Counted from the first letter of the stretch, positions 50,887-60,633 are shown. The stretch: 64,000 nucleotides of DNA from Bacillota bacterium (GCA_963929915.1 CAWVJY010000008.1:226705-290704), one strand, 5' to 3'. The notes: generated from the sequence alone by a model not told the origin. A program made the numbers and translations.

Positions 50887-51034
50887 TGCGTTCTCCTCTA
50901 ACTTCTATTTTTCCGTTCCATCCCTACTTCCTAACAGACTTTAAATAAAATTTTATTTTATAAAATTTTATAAAAGTCTGTAAGTCGCTGGTCCCCACAG
51001 CCTCACTACAAAATAGAAGTTAGAGGAGAACGCA
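50887..51034. repeat. Hairpin-closed element C (25-bp perfect arms)
   Basis: Arms TGCGTTCTCCTCTAACTTCTATTTT (50887-50911) and AAAATAGAAGTTAGAGGAGAACGCA (51010-51034). The inner stem is ACAGACTTT/AAAGTCTGT around an AT palindrome. The C-rich internal loop carries GGTCCCCACAGCC. Confidence 0.75.
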
Positions 51035-51092
51035 AAATTAAAAAAGTTTAAATTTTAAAAAAATGGTTATCCTAATAAAAAAGGAGAGCCAT

Positions 51093-52313
51093 ATGAAAAA
51101 TTTAAAAAAAATTGCTATTATTATTTTCCTATTTCTATTTTACATTTATGTTTGCAATATTACTTTACTTCCCAGTAGTTATATTATGATGCAAGGAGAA
51201 ACTTTTCAAATTCCCATGGTTTTAGGTCTTTCCTTGCAAGAAAATAATTCTTATGCTACCTTGCAAACAGCTAGTTCTTTAAATAAAACAAAGGTAAATG
51301 AAGTAGGAAAAATTGATTTAAATTTAAGTTTATTTCAATTATTGACAGTAAAAAATATTCAAGTGAATGTTATTCCTAAAACAACAGTAGTTCCTGTAGG
51401 AGCTGCTATTGGAATGAAATTATATACAGATGGTGTTTTGGTAGTAGGTATGTCAGAGATTGAAGGCAAAAAGCCATATGAAAATTCTGGCATTCAAGAA
51501 GGTGATAGAATTATTCAAATTAACCAAAATGATATTGATAATACAGAAGATTTAATGCAAGTAGTAAATGAATGTAATGGACAAGAAATTACAGTAAAAT
51601 ATGTTAGAGAAGAAGAAACAATTACTACTAGTATGACACCTGTAAAGAATGGAGACAATCAATATAAATTAGGATTATGGGTAAGAGATGCTGCAGCAGG
51701 TGTTGGAACTATGACTTTTTATGAACCATCTACCAAAATGTTTGCAACTTTAGGGCATGGAATTTTTGATATAGATACCTCTGAATTAATTAAAATTGAA
51801 AATGGAGAGTTAGTAACTACCAATATTCTTTCTATTAGTAAAGGTGAAAAAGGAAAACCAGGAGAAATTAGAGGAACCATAGAATCTGGTTACACCATAG
51901 GAGAAATTTCTAAAAATACAAATTTTGGCGTTTTTGGAATGTTAACAAAACCTTCTTATCTTTCTATAACAGAAGAAAATGCCATGGAAGTATGCTTAAG
52001 GGAAGAAATACAAACAGGAAAAGCTCAAATTATTTGTGAACTGGAAAATGGCAAAAGAGAGTACTATGATATAGAAATACAAAAAATATTTTTAAATAAT
52101 AATCAGGACAATAAAAGTATGTTAATAAAAGTAACAGATGAAAGACTGTTAGAAAAAACAGGAGGAATTATTCAAGGAATGAGTGGAGCACCTATTATTC
52201 AAAACGGAAAGTTTGTAGGAGCTGTTACTCATGTACTAGTAAATGATCCTACTATGGGATACGGCGTATTTGCAGATATTATGTTAAAACAAATGAAAGA
52301 AGTAGATTATTAA
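51093..52313 (+). CDS. spoIVB: Stage IV sporulation protein B (SpoIVB, S55 peptidase)
   Basis: PDZ region (GIQEGDRIIQIN), GTMTFYEP...ATLGHGI, and the catalytic GMSGAPII. SD AAGGAG. Confidence 0.9.
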   Translation: MKNLKKIAIIIFLFLFYIYVCNITLLPSSYIMMQGETFQIPMVLGLSLQENNSYATLQTASSLNKTKVNEVGKIDLNLSLFQLLTVKNIQVNVIPKTTVVPVGAAIGMKLYTDGVLVVGMSEIEGKKPYENSGIQEGDRIIQINQNDIDNTEDLMQVVNECNGQEITVKYVREEETITTSMTPVKNGDNQYKLGLWVRDAAAGVGTMTFYEPSTKMFATLGHGIFDIDTSELIKIENGELVTTNILSISKGEKGKPGEIRGTIESGYTIGEISKNTNFGVFGMLTKPSYLSITEENAMEVCLREEIQTGKAQIICELENGKREYYDIEIQKIFLNNNQDNKSMLIKVTDERLLEKTGGIIQGMSGAPIIQNGKFVGAVTHVLVNDPTMGYGVFADIMLKQMKEVDY

Positions 52314-52461
52314 AAATATAATGAATGGAAAAATATAAGGAAAATATAAATTGAACTTCTTATTGTAAAATAAACTAGTAACAAAATACGATTAAGATTA
52401 AAAGAAAATATAAAATTTAAAGTAATAAAAGAATGAATGAGAAATGAGGGAAGAACAAATG

Positions 52462-53601
52462 AAAAGAAATAAAAACATAAAAATTTTAATTATTTTGCTG
52501 TGTATTATAATGGCTGTTATCTTAGGCTGTTTAATTTATATTTCCATTGGGATTAATCATTCTCCTAGTACAAATGAGCTAGAAAATATACAGCAAAATG
52601 AACCAACTACATCAACAGAACCACAAAATAATGTAATAGAAAATGTAGAACAACAAAATATAGTAGAACCAATTTTAAATGAAATTACAAATCCTCAAAA
52701 CAATCAAACTAGTCAAGAAGTAATTTCTTCTACTTATTATTATGGACAGTTAGATGATAATGCCAAAATTATTTATGATGCTTTAAAAGAAAATAAGGAA
52801 AATATGAAAACAGGAACCTATGAGCTAGATTTTGAAACTCAGTTTAATACACTTTTACATACAGAAACAGGAGAACAAGAATTACAAACGGCTTTTCAAT
52901 CAGCCTGGAATGCTTATTCTTATGATCAAGCAGATTTATTTTACATAGATTCACAAAAACTAACCTTAATGAATGAATATGTTAATGTAGGAGGAATAGT
53001 AACTTATCATATTTCTATAGGACCAGGAGAAAATGAAAACTATTTATTAGATACTTTTCAAGAAGCAGGAAGTATAGAACAAGCAGAAAGTTATATTCAA
53101 AATATTGTAGACCAAATTGTGGAACAAACGCAAAATGACTCTGTAGTGGAAAAGGCAAGAAGAATTCACAATTGGTTAGTAAGCTCAGTAAGCTATGAAG
53201 AATCTGAAGAAAATAAAAATCGTTTTGAAATTTATGGAGCACTTCATGACCAAAGGGCAGTTTGTGAAGGATATGCCAGAAGTTTTAAATATTTAATGGA
53301 AAAAGTAGGAGTCCCTTGTGTTTTAGTGTCTGGAACGGGAACTAATTCAGAAGGAAAATCAGAAAGCCATGCATGGAATTACATGCAAGTGAATAATGAG
53401 TGGTATGCAGTAGATGTTACATGGGATGACCCTGTAGTAGTGGGAGGAGAAACTCCAGGTACAAATACTTTATATCGTTACTTTTTAAAAGGATCAGAAG
53501 AATTTTACAAAGACCATAAAGAAGAAAATATTATTTCAGAAAATAGTATGAGTTTTAGATTTCCTACATTATCTACAACAGACTATGAGTTAGATTTTTA
53601 A
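52462..53601 (+). CDS. Membrane-anchored transglutaminase-like (cysteine-protease-fold) protein
   Basis: AVCEGYARSFKYLMEKVGVPCVLVSG...HAWNYMQVNNEWYAVDVTWDD is the Cys-His-Asp transglutaminase-core pattern. Confidence 0.8.
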   Translation, partial: KRNKNIKILIILLCIIMAVILGCLIYISIGINHSPSTNELENIQQNEPTTSTEPQNNVIENVEQQNIVEPILNEITNPQNNQTSQEVISSTYYYGQLDDNAKIIYDALKENKENMKTGTYELDFETQFNTLLHTETGEQELQTAFQSAWNAYSYDQADLFYIDSQKLTLMNEYVNVGGIVTYHISIGPGENENYLLDTFQEAGSIEQAESYIQNIVDQIVEQTQNDSVVEKARRIHNWLVSSVSYEESEENKNRFEIYGALHDQRAVCEGYARSFKYLMEKVGVPCVLVSGTGTNSEGKSESHAWNYMQVNNEWYAVDVTWDDPVVVGGETPGTNTLYRYFLKGSEEFYKDHKEENIISENSMSFRFPTLSTTDYELDF

Positions 53602-53820
53602 AATAAGAAACTGTTCTAAAATAGAATAAATTTATTTTAAAAAAGTATTAGGATTGTCTTTTTCAATTTTTAAAGCCTTTCCCCTTTTGGACATCTGTAC
53701 CTCGGCATAAATGCCTCGAACAGCTGTCACAATGGTCGCCCACGCAAGGCATAAAAATCTCAAAAGACAATCCTAATACTTTTATTATACATTATATATT
53801 TTTAGGACAGTTTCTTATTT
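53601..53820. terminator. Outer bidirectional terminator-type hairpin whose loop is occupied by element B2
   Basis: AAATAAGAAACTGTTCTAAAA (53601-53621) pairs with TTTTAGGACAGTTTCTTATTT (53800-53820), 20 of 21 bp. It lies between the convergent transglutaminase-like gene and murC. Confidence 0.6.
53641..53783. repeat. Hairpin-closed element B2 (copy of B1)
   Basis: Arms AAAAGTATTAGGATTGTCTTTT and AAAAGACAATCCTAATACTTTT. The core is nearly identical to B1, and the differences are compensatory. Confidence 0.8.
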
Positions 53821-55210
53821 AAGGATCTGTTACAAGCATAGGTCCAATATTGGTAACTGTTCCTGCACCTAAAGTTAAAACAATATCATCTTTTATCGTA
53901 TGTTCTTTTAAATAAGTAACAATTTCATCAAAATTAGAAATATATAATGCTTTTTTATTGTAAGAACTTAATTTGTCCACTAAATCTTTTGCAGAAACAC
54001 CATAAATATTATCTTCTCTAGCAGCATAAATATCAGTAATAATTATATGGTCAAAATCTAAAAGAGCTTTAGCAAAATCATCTAATAAATTTTTAGTTCT
54101 GCTATAAGTATGTGGTTGAAAAACTACCCAAGATTGTCTATATTGTTTTTGCTTTAAAGCTTTGCTAGTAGCTAAAATTTCGGTAGGATGATGACCATAA
54201 TCATCATATACCCTAACCCCTTGATTAAAAGAACCAACATATTCAAATCTTCTGTGTGCACCAGTATATTTTGCTAAACCGTTTTTAATATCTTCTTTTT
54301 GAATACCATATTCATGGCAAAGGCTAATACAAGCTAAGGCATTCATAACATTATGCATTCCAGGGATAGATAAACGAATAGTTTTATAAAAATTGTTATT
54401 ATAATATACATCAAAACAAGCAAAGCCATCTTTATTAAAAGTAATATTTCGAGCAATAAAATTGGCATTTTCGTTCTCTATACCAAAGGTAACAACTTTG
54501 CATTTAGCATCCTTTACAATTTTTCTACAATTAGGATCATCTGCATTAATAATTAATAAACCATCTTCTGGCAATAAATGTATGTAATTATCAAAAGAAG
54601 TAACAATATTTTCTAAGTTACCAAAGTAATCTAAATGGTCATTATCAATATTTAAAATAACTTCTGCTTTAGGGAAAAGTTTTAAATAACTTTCTACATA
54701 TTCACAAGCTTCTATAATAAAATATTCACTACTACCAACACGGTAATTACCATGAATTGGTTTTAAATAGGCGCCAACTTGAATAGAAGGATCTTTGTGT
54801 GCTTCTAAAAAGCATACAGAAATCATAGAAGTGGTGGTAGTTTTTCCATGGGTACCTGAAACACAAATACTATTATGGAAAGCTTTTGAAATTTTTCCTA
54901 AAAAAGTACCTCTATCAACTAATGGAATATTTAATTCTTTTGCCCTTACAAGTTCTACATCATTTTGCTTTACTGCAGCACTGTATACAACAAGATCTGC
55001 TTTTTCCAAATTTGGTAAATCATGCCCAATGGTAACAGAAATTCCGCTATCTATTAATCTTTGTGTAGTTTCAGAAGCAGAAGTATCAGAACCAGTTACA
55101 TGAAATCCCCAAAACTTTAGAATTTCGGCAATTCCGCTCATACTAATTCCGCCAATTCCCACCATATGAATATTTTTATATTGTCTTAACTCTTCTACAT
55201 TTGCCAACAA
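53819..55210 (-). CDS. murC: UDP-N-acetylmuramate--L-alanine ligase
   Basis: HMVGIGGISMSGIAEIL, GTHGKTTTTSMI, and the Mur-ligase C-terminal region. Confidence 0.95.
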   Translation of the reverse strand: MLANVEELRQYKNIHMVGIGGISMSGIAEILKFWGFHVTGSDTSASETTQRLIDSGISVTIGHDLPNLEKADLVVYSAAVKQNDVELVRAKELNIPLVDRGTFLGKISKAFHNSICVSGTHGKTTTTSMISVCFLEAHKDPSIQVGAYLKPIHGNYRVGSSEYFIIEACEYVESYLKLFPKAEVILNIDNDHLDYFGNLENIVTSFDNYIHLLPEDGLLIINADDPNCRKIVKDAKCKVVTFGIENENANFIARNITFNKDGFACFDVYYNNNFYKTIRLSIPGMHNVMNALACISLCHEYGIQKEDIKNGLAKYTGAHRRFEYVGSFNQGVRVYDDYGHHPTEILATSKALKQKQYRQSWVVFQPHTYSRTKNLLDDFAKALLDFDHIIITDIYAAREDNIYGVSAKDLVDKLSSYNKKALYISNFDEIVTYLKEHTIKDDIVLTLGAGTVTNIGPMLVTDP

Positions 55211-55743
55211 AATGCACCCCTTTTACTTTTTTCTATTTTATTTATAATCAATTTTATTTTTATTAAAATGTTTGACAATCTAATTTTGCTAATTCATATT
55301 ATTTTTTCTTACTTAGATAAAAAATAATATGAATATCTAATATATCTTCCACATTATATACTTTCTATTAAGAATTTTCAACACTTTTGCTGATTTTTAT
55401 ACAATAACTCTTTAAATTTCCGTTTTAATTCTAACAAATAGATAATAGGAAAAAGTTGTTTGTGGAAGATAAAAGTAAAAAAATATATATATAATAAAAT
55501 AATTTAAGATATAGTAAAAAACTGGTATATTATATGTAAAAAATAAAAAAATGTGAAAACAAGAAGGTAAAGGCAAAAATCAAAAATATGAAATTAAAAA
55601 GTAAAGGGAAAAATAAAATAAAAAATAAAATCTTTTCAAGAAAAATTGTAAAATAAAGAAGGAAAAAAGAAAATTGTGGCGAATAATATAAATGTACATA
55701 AGAAATGTACAAAAAAATAAACTCGGAAGGATGGTACTTAAAA

Positions 55744-56031
55744 ATGCAAATTACAGATGTACGTTTAAGAAAAGTAAATTCAGAAAACAGAATGAAAGCT
55801 GTTGCTTCTGTGACATTTGATAACGAATTTGTTATTCATGACATTAAAGTTATTGAAAGTCAAAATGGATTATTTATTGCTATGCCAAGCAGAAAAACTC
55901 CTAATGGAGAATTTAAGGATATAGCTCATCCAATCAATGCTGAAACAAGAGAGAAAATTCAAAAAGCTATATTAGAAGCTTATGAAGCTCCAGAAGCTGA
56001 AGGAACTTCAGATACAGAATCAGCAGAATAA
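55744..56031 (+). CDS. spoVG: Septation/sporulation regulator SpoVG
   Basis: [64 protein letters not shown]. Confidence 0.93.
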   Translation: MQITDVRLRKVNSENRMKAVASVTFDNEFVIHDIKVIESQNGLFIAMPSRKTPNGEFKDIAHPINAETREKIQKAILEAYEAPEAEGTSDTESAE

Positions 56032-56076
56032 TAAAATAAAAGAGAAGCTTAAAAACTATTACCAAAAGTAATTAGG

Positions 56077-56097
56077 GAGAAAAAGTTTCTCTTTTTT
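56077..56097 (+). terminator. Terminator after spoVG
   Basis: GAGAAA-AAG-TTTCTC followed by TTTTTT. Confidence 0.6.
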
Positions 56098-56198
56098 GTT
56101 GCTGAAAATATATTGATTAAAGTAAGAAATAAATTCATTATAGAGAGGAAAAATATAATAGGAATCAAACAATTTTCTTATTTAAGATAATAAAAAAT

Positions 56199-56225
56199 AG
56201 AAAGAGTAGATTTTCTACTCTTTCT
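56199..56225 (-). terminator. Terminator of the minus-strand 67-aa gene
   Basis: AGAAAGAGTAGA-TTT-TCTACTCTTTCT perfect 12-bp stem, with a T-run on the minus strand. Confidence 0.7.
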
Positions 56226-56235
56226 GTATAAAGGA

Positions 56236-56439
56236 TTAAGCTAACACCAAAGCATAGGAGCCAGGAGCAAGTTGAATTTCTCTTAAAACTCTTCCTCCTA
56301 GTTGCTTTTTTTCTGCGGATAGATAATCTCCATTTACGAAGATTACCTTGGGATTGAGAAACAGATTACGCATCATTTCGTTCTTTTTCTGGGACTCCAA
56401 ATACTCAGCTTCATTCTGAGTTAGTGCAGGAAACGGCAT
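56236..56439 (-). CDS. Hypothetical protein (67 aa), GC-richer than its surroundings
   Basis: ORF with an SD GGAGAGAG, no recognised motif. 26 of 60 nt are G+C at 56241-56300. Confidence 0.5.
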   Translation of the reverse strand: MPFPALTQNEAEYLESQKKNEMMRNLFLNPKVIFVNGDYLSAEKKQLGGRVLREIQLAPGSYALVLA

Positions 56440-56607
56440 TAAACTCTCTCCTTTTTATATAAAATTCCTGCTTTTACAGGATACTATTATTATATCACAA
56501 AATAAAAGAAAAAGCAAAAAAATTAGAAATTTTTACCAAAATAAATTAGCAATATTTGTAAATTTAAAAATCCCCTCCTCAAAAAAGGGGAGGGGAAAAG
56601 AGAGATC

Positions 56608-56988
56608 TTACAGCTGACAGAAGCTATCAAAGAATTCTTGCAATTTCTTGTAAGTTTTTTCGCTGGGAGGTACCAAAGTAATCTCCAAACTACAATCATT
56701 TCCTAAACCAAAGGCTACTGCACAACCTTGTGCTATTGCCATATTGTATTTCGTGGCAATCAAGCTCATTTCCCGCACAGAGTCAACTAACACGTGGATG
56801 TTAACTCTCACATCGGGCAATAGGGAAATTTGGACTAAAATGTTTTGCTTATCGCTATTGGGTACAGGGGTTACTTCTGCTGTCATCATAACAGACTTGA
56901 TTCCCGTAGGTTCGGAAAACATGAGTAAAATCTTCTGCAAGGGCATGTTCAGCTGTGCCAGTTTTAACCGAATGTTGAAATTCTCCAT
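56608..56988 (-). CDS. Hypothetical protein (126 aa), GC-richer than its surroundings
   Basis: Likely start MENFNIRLK (SD GAGAGGTG). The terminator CCCCTCC/GGAGGGG at 56572-56595 lies downstream on the minus strand. Confidence 0.55.
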   Translation of the reverse strand: MENFNIRLKLAQLNMPLQKILLMFSEPTGIKSVMMTAEVTPVPNSDKQNILVQISLLPDVRVNIHVLVDSVREMSLIATKYNMAIAQGCAVAFGLGNDCSLEITLVPPSEKTYKKLQEFFDSFCQL

Positions 56989-57175
56989 TAAAAACACCTC
57001 TCTATATATTATGGCAGTTGCCATTACTAGTATTATACCACAAAAAGTAAAATCTGTAAAACAGCACAAATTAATTCTAAAATAAAAATTTAAAATTTGA
57101 AAAAAGTATTGAAAAGAAAAATGAATAATGGTAAGATAAAGATAAAGTTAAATCAAAAGAGGAGGAATTAAGAAA

Positions 57176-58567
57176 ATGAACAAAAGTAGTAAAAACGTTG
57201 AAGTTTTAGAGAGAGAGAGAGAGTTACACTTTAAGCAAATAAAGGAGAAAAGAGGTATCACCCTTATTGCATTGGTTGTAACCATAGTGGTTTTGTTAAT
57301 TTTAGCAGGAATCACAATCAATATGTTATTTGGAAGTGATGGAATATTTAAAGTAGCAGAAGATGCAGGAGATGCATGGAATGAAGCAACAGTAAATGAG
57401 CAAGAAAGTTTAGACAACATAGCAGACCAAATAGCAAATTTAGTAAATGGACAAGCAGGAGGAGATGCAGGAACAGAAGAACCAGAAGAACCATGGATAC
57501 CACCAACAACAATAGAAGAAGCAATAGAACAAGATAAAATATTTGAAGAAACAAAACAAATAAAAGATAATTATAATAATACCGTAACTGTACCAAAAGG
57601 ATTTAAGGTAACAGAAGATGCTACAACAGTACCAGAAGGAATCGTAATAGAAGACGGAACAGGAACAGAAACAACTACAGGAAACCAATTTGTATGGATA
57701 CCAGTAGGAACCGTACATAAAGATAGTAATCCAGAAAATGATGTAACAATAAAACTAGGAAGATATACATTTGATACAACAGATGGAACACCAACAATGC
57801 AACAGGCAGCATTTGAAGGAGATAATGAAAATGATCCTAGTCAAACTTATGCATCAGATCCACCAGTTACTATAAATTCATATTATAGAGAATTAACAAC
57901 ATATAGAGAAGGAATAGCATCAGATGGAAGAAAAGGCTTAAATGCAACAGCTAAAAACTTAGCAGGCTTCGTTCAAAGTATAGCAAATAATGGAGGTTAT
58001 TACATAGCAAGATATGAGGCAAGCTATGGAAGTGGAAGTAGTACATCAGATTGGAAGCCATTATCAAAAGTATCCACAGGAACACCAAGAGGAGAAGACC
58101 AAGATAGTACACCATTAACACAAGGAATGCTATGGAACCATGTAACACAATTAGAAGCCTCAAAAATATGCCAGAATATGTATCAGGAAGGAGATACAAC
58201 AGTAGGAGTAGAAAGTGATTTAGTAAATAGTTATGCATGGGATACAGCAATCGTGTTTATCCAAAGCATGGATGAAGCAAATAGTAATTATGCAAATGCA
58301 AATAGAAATACAACAGGAAATAGAGTTTTAAAGAATACAGGAGAAACAGGAGATGAAGTATGTAACATATTTGATATGGCAGCAAATATAAAAGAATGGA
58401 CCACAGAATATTCCACGTACAAGCCTAACAGTGGTGCGGGCCCTTGCGTTGGCAGAGGAGGCATTTACAACGAATACGGCAGCGACTACACTGCTAACAG
58501 GAGCACGTATTATGCGATCACCAGCCGCCTCGATATCAGCTTTCGAGAGGTGCTTTATGTAAAGTAA
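57176..58567 (+). CDS. Type-IV-pilin-like protein with an FGE-sulfatase/C-type-lectin-like C-terminal domain
   Basis: Prepilin-type N-terminus KRG-ITLIALVVTIVVLLILAGI. FGE/SUMF1-like landmarks: GGYYIARYEAS, LWNHVTQLEASKIC, NSYAWDTAI, DMAANIKEWT, GRGG, ISFR. Confidence 0.75.
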   Translation: MNKSSKNVEVLERERELHFKQIKEKRGITLIALVVTIVVLLILAGITINMLFGSDGIFKVAEDAGDAWNEATVNEQESLDNIADQIANLVNGQAGGDAGTEEPEEPWIPPTTIEEAIEQDKIFEETKQIKDNYNNTVTVPKGFKVTEDATTVPEGIVIEDGTGTETTTGNQFVWIPVGTVHKDSNPENDVTIKLGRYTFDTTDGTPTMQQAAFEGDNENDPSQTYASDPPVTINSYYRELTTYREGIASDGRKGLNATAKNLAGFVQSIANNGGYYIARYEASYGSGSSTSDWKPLSKVSTGTPRGEDQDSTPLTQGMLWNHVTQLEASKICQNMYQEGDTTVGVESDLVNSYAWDTAIVFIQSMDEANSNYANANRNTTGNRVLKNTGETGDEVCNIFDMAANIKEWTTEYSTYKPNSGAGPCVGRGGIYNEYGSDYTANRSTYYAITSRLDISFREVLYVK

Positions 58568-58630
58568 CACTGACCACTGGTAGTGGTAACTAGTTTTAAG
58601 AAGAAAAATACAAAAAAGTCAGCAAAACTG

Positions 58631-58659
58631 TTGACTTTTTTGCATTCTCATTATATAAT
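58631..58659 (+). promoter_or_regulatory. Putative promoter of the S10 operon
   Basis: TTGACT at 58631-58636, a 17-nt spacer, then TATAAT at 58654-58659. Confidence 0.65.
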
Positions 58660-58672
58660 AATAAAGCATGTA

Positions 58673-58870
58673 TTTGGCGATGAAGTAAGATGTGGCTACA
58701 AATGTAGTAATTAAGCTCATTTGGAGGGAACTCTTATGGAGTATGTCGTGGCTTAGACCAGGCGGTAAGTTAAAAACAAAAAGCACTTATCCCAAGAATT
58801 ATCATGCGAGCTTGGGTTTTTATATTGGTAAACAACGAAACACCAGGGTGCGTTATAACTTCCGACCAAA
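58673..58870 (+). ncRNA. Candidate structured 5' leader of the S10 ribosomal-protein operon
   Basis: The closing helix TTTGGCG-at-GAAGT (58673-58686) / ACTTC-CG-a-CCAAA (58858-70) encloses about 170 nt. Inside are the sub-hairpins CTAC-AAAT-GTAG, ACTC-TTATG-GAGT, GGTAAGT...ACTTATCC and the pairing AAGCTC...GAGCTT. It is visibly GC-richer than neighbouring intergenic DNA. Confidence 0.4.
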
Positions 58871-58916
58871 ATAAAGGCAAAAAAGCCTAGAAAATTTAGA
58901 AGGAGGGAATTTTAAA

Positions 58917-59247
58917 ATGGCAACAAAGAAAGAAAACGCAGTAACAAGTGAAAAAATCAGAATAAGACTAAAAGCTTATGATCATGTTGTTTAGAACAGT
59001 CTGCTGAAAAAATAGTAGATACTGCTAAAAAAACAGGAGCTAAAGTATCAGGTCATATTCCATTACCAACAGAAAAGGAGATTATTACTATTTTACGTTC
59101 TCCACACAAACACAAAGATTCTAGAGAACAATTTGAAATGAGAACACATAAAAGAGTAATCGACATTCTTTATCCAACACAAAAAACAGTAGACAATTTA
59201 ATGAAAATTGATTTGCCGGCTGTGTAGATATTGAAATCAAATTATAA
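58917..59247 (+). CDS. rpsJ: 30S ribosomal protein S10 (frame broken by indels as written)
   Basis: [23 protein letters not shown], then shifted pieces ...[20 protein letters not shown]...[35 protein letters not shown]. There are missing bases at gttgttTag and ccggctGtgta. Confidence 0.85.
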
Positions 59248-59369
59248 TGTCAAAAGAATAATTTGTATTAGATAAAAAAGGAAGATGTATCCTTAAATAC
59301 ATCAAAACCATGCTAATTAATATTTAATATACAAATCAATTAATTAGCCAATAGTTAGGAGGAAATAAA

Positions 59370-59990
59370 ATGAATAAAGGATTAATAGGAAAAAAAGTAG
59401 GAATGACTCAATTCTTGATGAACAAGGAAAAGTAATTCCAGTAAACCGTTATTGAAGCAGGTCCATGTACTGTTGTACAAGTAAAAACAGTAGAAAATGA
59501 TGGATACCAAGCAATTCAATTAGGATTTGGAGAAGTAAAAGAACATAAAGTTAGCAAACCAGTAAAAGGTCATTATACAAAAGTAAACTTAACTCCAAAA
59601 AAACATTAAGAGAATTTAGAGTAGATTCTTTAGAAAATGTAAAAGTAGGAGACGAATTAAAAGCAGATATTTTTAGTTGCAGGAGAAAAGTTAGATATTC
59701 AAGGAACTTCAAAAGGAAAAGGATTCCAAGGTGTTATTAAACGTCATGGACAATCTAGAGGACCAATGGACATGGTTCTATGTATCATAGAAGACCAGGT
59801 TTCAATGGGACCAACTTCTACTCCAGGTAGAGTTTTCAAAGGTAAAAAACTACCAGGACATATGGGTAACCAAACCATTACTATCCAAAACTTAGAAGTT
59901 ATAAAAGTAGATTTAGATAAAAATGTTATTTTAGTAAAAGGTAGTGTACCAGGAGCAAAAGGTGCTATCTTAAAATTAAAAACAGTGTAA
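59370..59990 (+). CDS. rplC: 50S ribosomal protein L3 (multiple indels as written)
   Basis: [14 protein letters not shown]...; later pieces [10 protein letters not shown] and [22 protein letters not shown] (ORF 59766-59990). Confidence 0.85.
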
Positions 59991-60013
59991 AAGTAAATAA
60001 GGAGGAAAGACAA

Positions 60014-60632
<619 letters not shown>

Positions 60633-60633
<1 letters not shown>

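Noticed and set aside
21091-53783. Hairpin-closed elements as integron attC sites, retron msr-msd, or CRISPR-related repeats
   Set aside because: The window has no integrase, reverse transcriptase or cas gene. The flanking genes are core housekeeping genes rather than cassettes. The arms lack the RYYYAAC/GTTRRRY attC ends, and there is no repeat-spacer periodicity.
58692-58874. 60-codon ORF upstream of rpsJ
   Set aside because: It has a GTG start and no SD, lies entirely within the helix-closed leader, and is better explained as structured non-coding RNA.
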